Of a DNA stretch of 64,000 nt, positions 62,901-64,000 are shown in pieces. Position 1 is the first letter of the stretch; the number at the start of each line of letters is the position of its first letter. The stretch is from Rhynchobatus australiae. Lineage: Eukaryota. The translations under genes and the position numbers were made by a program. The DNA is taken from positions 38,853,424-38,917,423 of the forward strand of contig JAUZTB010000064.1 of the NCBI GenBank assembly GCA_034780895.1, written 5' to 3'. The notes beneath the pieces were generated by a model. It was not told the DNA's origin, did no database searches, and saw only the letters and a list, made by a program, of their open reading frames with translations.

Positions 62901-63391
62901 AATCAGCCACGATATTGAACTGCAGAACTGACTCAAGAGGCCAAATGGCCTACCCTTGCTCTTATTTCACCTTATAAAGCATTTATGGCAAATAGACATT
63001 GAAGATTGACCAGCAANNNNNNNNNNAAGTAAGTTTGAGTTGATATAATTTATAAATTAGATCACATCCTCAATCTATTGATCAAAAAAAACTAACACTG
63101 AATTGGTGGCACATGTTTGAAGCCTAGTAAAGGTAAGACTGGTTATAAGTAAAACTGATAAATTAGAGTGTAGGTCAGTTCATTATTGTTTAATATCTAT
63201 TATTTAATTTCTTTATGTTACACACTTGCCTTCCATTGAAAACATCCAGATGTTATGGCTGTTGATGCTAAGCCATATCCTTTACCCCCTGTACCATGTG
63301 ATAAAACATTTCCTGCTTCCATTACACAGCAAACCATTTTTTCTGGATCAAAGGAAAATTCTTTAATAGGTATGTTGTCACTTTCTTTATC
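7177..63391 (-). CDS. HERC1: Multi-exon HERC1-family E3 ubiquitin ligase (HERC1 or HERC1-like paralog), internal part: SPRY, UBA-like, Cys/His motif, WD40 repeats; partial at both ends
   Basis: 22 exons with AG/GT (one GC) boundaries and compatible phases, colinear with recalled human HERC1 (e.g. GNEGTCVGVSRWP..FNHRTTSDMWLYRAYSGNLYHNGEQ; GPLELANALAACCLS; KWDPTGH). One phase break (50690 to 47172) needs the candidate exon or an exon hidden in a gap. Confidence 0.95.
7778..7908 (-). CDS. HERC1: HERC1-like exon, WD40 (VAVQCIAWYSEGKPIAVGYSDGKILLGTREP...)
   Basis: attcag|TT and CAG|GTAAAT; phase 1 to 0. Confidence 0.94.
8165..8356 (+). mobile_element. CR1-clade LINE 3' end fragment
   Basis: Resembles 26445-26750 (caccattctgacttg..gttagggatgg). 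Confidence 0.55.
10326..10532 (-). CDS. HERC1: HERC1-like exon, WD40 (IQPSWVTALTW...LLVGRLDGSVGCIE...HCQRKD)
   Basis: ttcaaag|GG and ATG|GTATGT; 207 nt. Confidence 0.93.
10895..11030 (+). mobile_element. Short Penelope-derived element with degenerate hammerhead motif
   Basis: CTGAGGGA GGGTC cca GACCT GAAAC followed by gatgctgcctagcctgctgag..tttcagatttccagcatctgcag. Confidence 0.7.
11575..12420 (+). mobile_element. CR1 LINE fragments (ORF2 C-terminus and decayed 3' end)
   Basis: SLKVATQ..YSMLAFI..VMLQLYKTLVRPHL. Confidence 0.8.
12587..12714 (-). CDS. HERC1: HERC1-like exon, WD40 (EDSEERPCSP..SPVYWSASGRFLAASQDKIINVYQVD)
   Basis: gtgccag|T and ATG|GTAAGC; phase 2 to 1. Confidence 0.93.
14285..14555 (+). 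mobile_element. Decayed Deu-domain SINE (SacSINE1/AmnSINE1-like)
   Basis: gtccttcagatgagatattgaac..tatggaactatttaaagaa..tttgggacatc resembles recalled Deu-domain consensus. Confidence 0.5.
14715..15000 (-). mobile_element. CR1 LINE 3' fragment
   Basis: FKVRGRRF..FFTQWIVEIWNALPEVVVEA..FKKYLDRYL. Confidence 0.8.
15060..15275 (-). mobile_element. Decayed V-SINE
   Basis: ggaaggaaattggagccccaggaggaaactcac..aagaacatgcaaacacca is the reverse V-domain. Confidence 0.6.
15605..16685 (-). mobile_element. CR1 LINE ORF2 3' part with an internal (GA)n microsatellite
   Basis: MKFNSDKC..LYKTLVRTQLEYCMQF..LERVQR..LFSLERRRL; (GA)n at about 16060-16126. Confidence 0.88.
16940..17600 (+). mobile_element. Decayed CR1/SINE 3' tails
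   Basis: Tail motifs such as gatggttggcacagacttggtgggtgaagggcctgtt..tatgactctatg. Confidence 0.55.
17891..18025 (+). mobile_element. Short Penelope-derived element with the best-preserved minimal hammerhead core
   Basis: AGTC CTGATGA A AGGTT tt GACCC GAAA GATC AACT then gatgctgcctgacttgccgagttcctccagcattttgtg..ccagcatctgcag. Confidence 0.75.
19456..19583 (-). CDS. HERC1: HERC1-like exon, WD40 (VTSSSWSVAKGLLATSALDRTIRLWTLTK...)
   Basis: atcacag|GTT and TTG|GTATGT; 128 nt; matches KKGLLATSGNDGTIRVW. Confidence 0.93.
20300..20860 (-). mobile_element. Deu-domain SINE interrupted by a short Penelope-derived element
   Basis: tgagggacaactattggc..accggggataactctcctactctt..gggatctttaaatgtgcacctgagggggctgatggggcc matches the reverse Deu-domain. 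Confidence 0.75.
20399..20531 (-). mobile_element. Short Penelope-derived element with 12-bp TSD aaaatggtagtc
   Basis: Direct repeats at 20387-20398 and 20532-20543; minus strand reads CTGAGGA A GAGTT cct GACCT GAAA. Confidence 0.75.
20965..21012. repeat. (GA)n microsatellite
   Basis: Direct inspection. Confidence 0.9.
21580..21949 (-). CDS. HERC1: HERC1-like exon (DAPHTSSAFSYSSSHVGPLELANALAACCLS...KLEAHENR), split by a false 100-N gap
   Basis: ttttctag|AT and CGG|GTACAC; removing the Ns and the duplicated 16 nt gives 254 nt, phase 1 to 0. Confidence 0.92.
23330..23860 (-). mobile_element. CR1 LINE 3' fragment
   Basis: ggcagagaattccataggttcaccatcctc..ccaggagtggtctcactagggccctgtata is the reverse CR1 ORF2 end. 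Confidence 0.75.
24102..24315 (-). CDS. HERC1: HERC1-like exon (DLIAAATG...SPNFLVTQALVALL...EAESK)
   Basis: ccccaag|GAT and AGG|GTAGGG; phase 0 to 1. Confidence 0.92.
24500..25555 (+). mobile_element. CR1 LINE 3' fragment with a V-SINE inserted on the minus strand (about 25250-25472)
   Basis: LEAVQRRFIGLFPG..IYKILRGADRVD..IFPLVG; reverse SINE head ggattgaacctgg..gctgtgaggcagcagctctacc. Confidence 0.75.
25690..26755 (+). mobile_element. Second CR1-clade LINE family, RT C-terminus to 3' end, with an inverted internal copy at about 26508-26612
   Basis: Decayed RT region, QKL.WT.HIN.VA.RA.QRLG.L motif present in both orientations, 3' end gggatggg..tgctggccttaccagc. Confidence 0.7.
27216..27486 (-). 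CDS. HERC1: HERC1-like exon (SGSVCS..GLEALGLTDIRILVRLMCLAAGGRA...NVCTQ)
   Basis: tttacag|T and CAG|GTAATA; phase 2 to 0. Confidence 0.95.
28140..28495 (+). mobile_element. Decayed CR1 LINE fragment
   Basis: aggcaattaaggcggcaaatagtaaaatggcttttattgaaagaggaatggaa resembles CR1 ORF2. Confidence 0.6.
28612..28783 (-). CDS. HERC1: HERC1-like exon (GVNKSDEK..RLTLGEQAA...TMVMKALSLISV)
   Basis: ttgttag|GT and GAG|GTATGT; phase 1 to 2. Confidence 0.94.
29403..29591 (-). CDS. HERC1: HERC1-like exon (EDWDILGAEGNEQLTG...LAGPLGLND...PVQFPEQDPLGAS...)
   Basis: gtgcag|AG and AAG|GTAACT; 189 nt. Confidence 0.94.
31095..33225 (+). mobile_element. CR1 LINE (HER1-type), about 2.1 kb, frameshifted ORF2 with RT
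   Basis: FKKG..PGNY..VSLTSVV.KLLE; VDIVYMDFS.AFDKV; SGVPQGSMLGP.F..YINDL..KFEDDTK; 3' tail tgtgctgtatgactcta. Confidence 0.93.
33507..33562 (-). CDS. HERC1: HERC1-like exon (KAKGLAPDLINKHENTPE)
   Basis: ccctcag|C and AAG|GTACGT; 56 nt, phase 2 to 1; matches YKGQAPDLIGKQDSVYE. Confidence 0.88.
34178..34630 (+). mobile_element. Two adjacent V-SINEs; the first has a CR1-type tail
   Basis: Heads gtgattagcactgctggctca..ggttcaaacc and ggcacagtggtgcagcaagtagagctgctgcc..gggttcaatc; tail gccagcacagactcaatgggccga. Confidence 0.75.
35600..35875 (+). mobile_element. Decayed CR1 3' fragment
   Basis: gatgagaagaaatttcctcacc..gaattctctatccacaagg..gaatggaggagcagg. Confidence 0.6.
36449..36714 (-). CDS. HERC1: HERC1-like exon with Cys/His motif (CELC..HMKRHHPGC..GYRSNG.YVDGWFGGECG.G.PYYLMCNSC)
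   Basis: cattcag|TGC and CG|GTGAGG; 266 nt; strong match to HERC1. Confidence 0.95.
38250..38482 (-). CDS. HERC1: HERC1-like exon (GSRSPPMVQ...NLDGELEL...GIWLSEMMDWPNM)
   Basis: gtaaag|GA and ATG|GTAAAA; phase 1 to 0; matches NLDEELEI..GMWIPEVLDWP. Confidence 0.88.
39160..40515 (+). mobile_element. Decayed L2-like LINE fragments, interrupted
   Basis: MSRNFLTLKTGKTK resembles L2 WMS.NFL.LN..KTE; pyrimidine-rich L2-like 3' region at 40115-40515. Confidence 0.45.
40044..40112. repeat. Perfect 32-bp inverted repeat with 5-nt loop
   Basis: ttagtcaggacaccattggaataataggtcta-ttatc-tagacctattattccaatggtgtcctgactaa. Confidence 0.97.
40751..40878 (-). CDS. HERC1: HERC1-like exon (TTDGLDQIERGNFIDVHLTRNRPPPARRHRASQGQRSSFIRA)
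   Basis: aagcag|A and CTG|GTAAGA; 128 nt, phase 2 to 1 fits both neighbours; weak match to DNLDHTE..RRH..RAAG. Confidence 0.82.
42200..42938 (-). mobile_element. Penelope-like element 3' part: GIY-YIG endonuclease remnant and terminal repeat with hammerhead motif
   Basis: YVGEAKGRLGDYFAEH..VACHF and HKLEEKHVIFCLGSLQPNGMNIGF; terminal AGTC CTGA..GAAACGTC GAC. Confidence 0.85.
43593..43800 (-). CDS. HERC1: HERC1-like exon, second half of UBA-like domain (GISGDADPQSIEQLASWMLEHP...)
   Basis: gggcag|GA and GG|GTAAGC; phase 1 to 2; matches GEADAQNITVLAMWMIEHP. Confidence 0.92.
45015..45047. repeat. (CA)n microsatellite
   Basis: Direct inspection. Confidence 0.85.
46091..46195 (-). CDS. HERC1: HERC1-like exon, first half of UBA-like domain (VDSRSDLPEHPPPVAVPLLEMGFYLRHICKAVDAA)
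   Basis: ttcag|TAG (NAGNAG) and CAG|GTACAG; 105 nt; matches HERC1 PPPAIAVPLLEMGFSLRQIAKAM. Confidence 0.93.
47012..47172 (-). CDS. HERC1: HERC1-like exon (QMVFVRFPSLSGLL...RQCSSP)
   Basis: ccacacag|A CAA ATG and CTG|GTAAGT; phase 2 to 1; aligns to HERC1 RQMFSSYP region. Confidence 0.8.
49617..49656 (-). CDS. Candidate 40-nt HERC1-like exon (EIALSYSKGLLRGL)
   Basis: atttcccaacctag|AA...GATT|GTAAGT; bridges the phase-1 donor at 50690 to the phase-2 acceptor at 47172 without a stop; only weak similarity (LLR) to HERC1. Confidence 0.4.
49780..50112 (-). mobile_element. Deu-domain SINE
   Basis: caccaggaagaattcccc..tttgaaacagtgtcatgggat..gggcagaaggtatctcagtttgatatctcat. Confidence 0.7.
50305..50590 (+). 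mobile_element. V-SINE, same subfamily as 5484-5769
   Basis: Colinear with the 5484 copy, including gctatgttggc..ggcgacacttgc.ggctgcccccagaa. Confidence 0.88.
50690..51450 (-). CDS. HERC1: HERC1-like exon (SDTSLSSLEPC...LLDLTYLTGVHE...LADLERAHTMIFK...); alternative acceptor at 51474
   Basis: ctccaag|T or caaag|T 24 nt upstream; donor AAAG|GTAAGA; phase 2 to 1; overlaps ORF 50643..51401. Confidence 0.93.
51990..52680 (+). mobile_element. Rex1/Babar LINE 3' fragment
   Basis: TLTNFYRC..ESIL..CITAWYGNCS.QDHKKLQKVV; 3' end gtacatgtgacaataaatcaataccaatac. Confidence 0.88.
52830..53130 (-). mobile_element. Decayed Deu-domain SINE
   Basis: ttgaaggataaatgttggtcagaacac..ctcttcttcaaa..ctcatctgaaaga..gtgcagca. 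Confidence 0.6.
53225..54260 (-). mobile_element. Penelope-like element remnant (GIY-YIG C-terminus) with two terminal-repeat pieces
   Basis: IGNSFAKHL and HLIFHLGTLQPSGLHIKFNNF; terminal pieces at about 53225-53347 and 53540-53605. Confidence 0.75.
56723..57255 (-). CDS. HERC1: HERC1-like exon (VALCDMQMRG...EVWPVLAVVGGIDGGLRVGG...QWEDAEIAI)
   Basis: ttcag|GTG and AG|GTACAA; 533 nt, phase 0 to 2; within ORF 56650..57288. Confidence 0.95.
57795..57915. repeat. Degenerate tandem duplication, about 55-bp unit
   Basis: tcaggg.ctacatcc..tccaaa...cttggtaccaacccacc occurs twice. Confidence 0.7.
59770..60140 (+). mobile_element. Decayed V-SINE spanning a false gap
   Basis: ctgtgtggagtttgtatgttct..gggtgctctggtttcctcccacatcc. 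Confidence 0.7.
60453..60536 (-). CDS. HERC1: HERC1-like exon, end of SPRY (EPKLAFEDVDATELYPCVMFYSSNPGEK)
   Basis: ctttag|GAA and AAG|GTAACT; 84 nt; translated by hand, too short for the ORF track. Confidence 0.95.
60770..60990 (+). mobile_element. Gypsy LTR-retrotransposon integrase zinc-binding domain remnant
   Basis: IAHEEHQGIVKTKQPL.VWCPGTDQLV matches Gypsy AHEGHQGIVKTK..R..VWWPG.D..V. Confidence 0.7.
61367..61606 (-). CDS. HERC1: HERC1-like exon, SPRY core (FYVTRENKGNEGTCVGVSRWP...ARTISFGKNDE)
   Basis: gtgcag|TTT and GAG|GTAAGG; 240 nt; near-identical to recalled HERC1 SPRY. Confidence 0.96.
61940..62237 (+). mobile_element. Rex1/Babar LINE 3' UTR fragment
   Basis: Near-copy of 52400-52680 (caatctacctcatcatggcccttgca..ttccactgtatcttggtacaggtgaca). 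Confidence 0.8.
63230..63391 (-). CDS. HERC1: HERC1-like exon, start of SPRY (DKESDNIPIKEFSFDPEK...GCFQWK)
   Basis: Acceptor aaacacag|GAT; donor AAG|GCAAGT (GC donor); 162 nt, phase 0 to 0; matches HERC1 SFDPEK..HGSGGKGYGLAST..SGCYQWK. Confidence 0.92.
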
Positions 63392-64000
63392 CTGTGTTTG
63401 AAACAAAACAAAAAAAAAGAAATTGACCAAAAGGAAATCATATTCAGGTACTAATTTCTCTGGTGTGGTCAGAATTTTCCAATGTATTGGAAAGTAATTT
63501 CTTGAAACTGTCTTGAATACCTTCTGCCTTAAAGGAACACTTTAACCTTTATCAGATCTAAAAGCTGATTTGGCAGAAATAGCAAGTTGGTGAATGTGAT
63601 ACGAATTCAAAAGGAAATGGAATTTCAAATATAGTTCTGTGGAAGGAGACAATATGCAACACTTGGAAAATCCGCTCTAAAGCACTAAACATACAGGTGC
63701 AGGCTTATACGCCAAATATTCACTGTTCAATGAACCTTTATTATGCGATTTTTGAAATACTTCGTTATTGTAGTTACAAGAAACCAGCTCAGAGAAAAGT
63801 AAGGCTATGCTCATTTCTTTGACATAAAATTATTGATCTGCATTTATTGTAAAATTAATTTAAGATATATGGTCAATCAACAAACATAGAACCTTAATGA
63901 GATCTCCGTAAGAGAACTGTGGAATACTGGACTCCACGCTATAGAAAGCTTTAGAAAGGGCACAAAGGAAATTTACTCACATGCGGCCTGGTAAGAAAAA

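Overview
Vertebrate genomic DNA, AT-rich and from a gapped draft assembly. The repeat content (HER1-type CR1 LINEs, HE1-like V-SINEs, Deu-domain SINEs, Rex1/Babar LINEs, Penelope-like elements) points to a cartilaginous fish, probably a ray or sawfish. The window lies inside one large minus-strand gene encoding a HERC1-family giant E3 ubiquitin ligase. I traced 22 phase-consistent coding exons plus one candidate 40-nt exon between 63391 and 7177, about 1,620 codons. They cover the SPRY domain, an SH3-like segment, the UBA-like domain, a Cys/His motif and most of the WD40 repeats; both gene ends lie outside what I could trace. Outside SPRY the protein is much further from human HERC1 (recalled from memory) than I would expect for a chondrichthyan ortholog, so it may be a second HERC1 paralog. 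Other notable items: a GC-AG intron; tandem splice acceptors; a false assembly gap inside an exon; short Penelope-derived elements carrying degenerate minimal hammerhead ribozymes; a V-SINE subfamily with a Rex1/Babar-type 3' tail; a perfect 32-bp intronic hairpin. No prokaryotic-type systems are present. All homology calls come from recalled sequences, not searches, and repeat boundaries are approximate.
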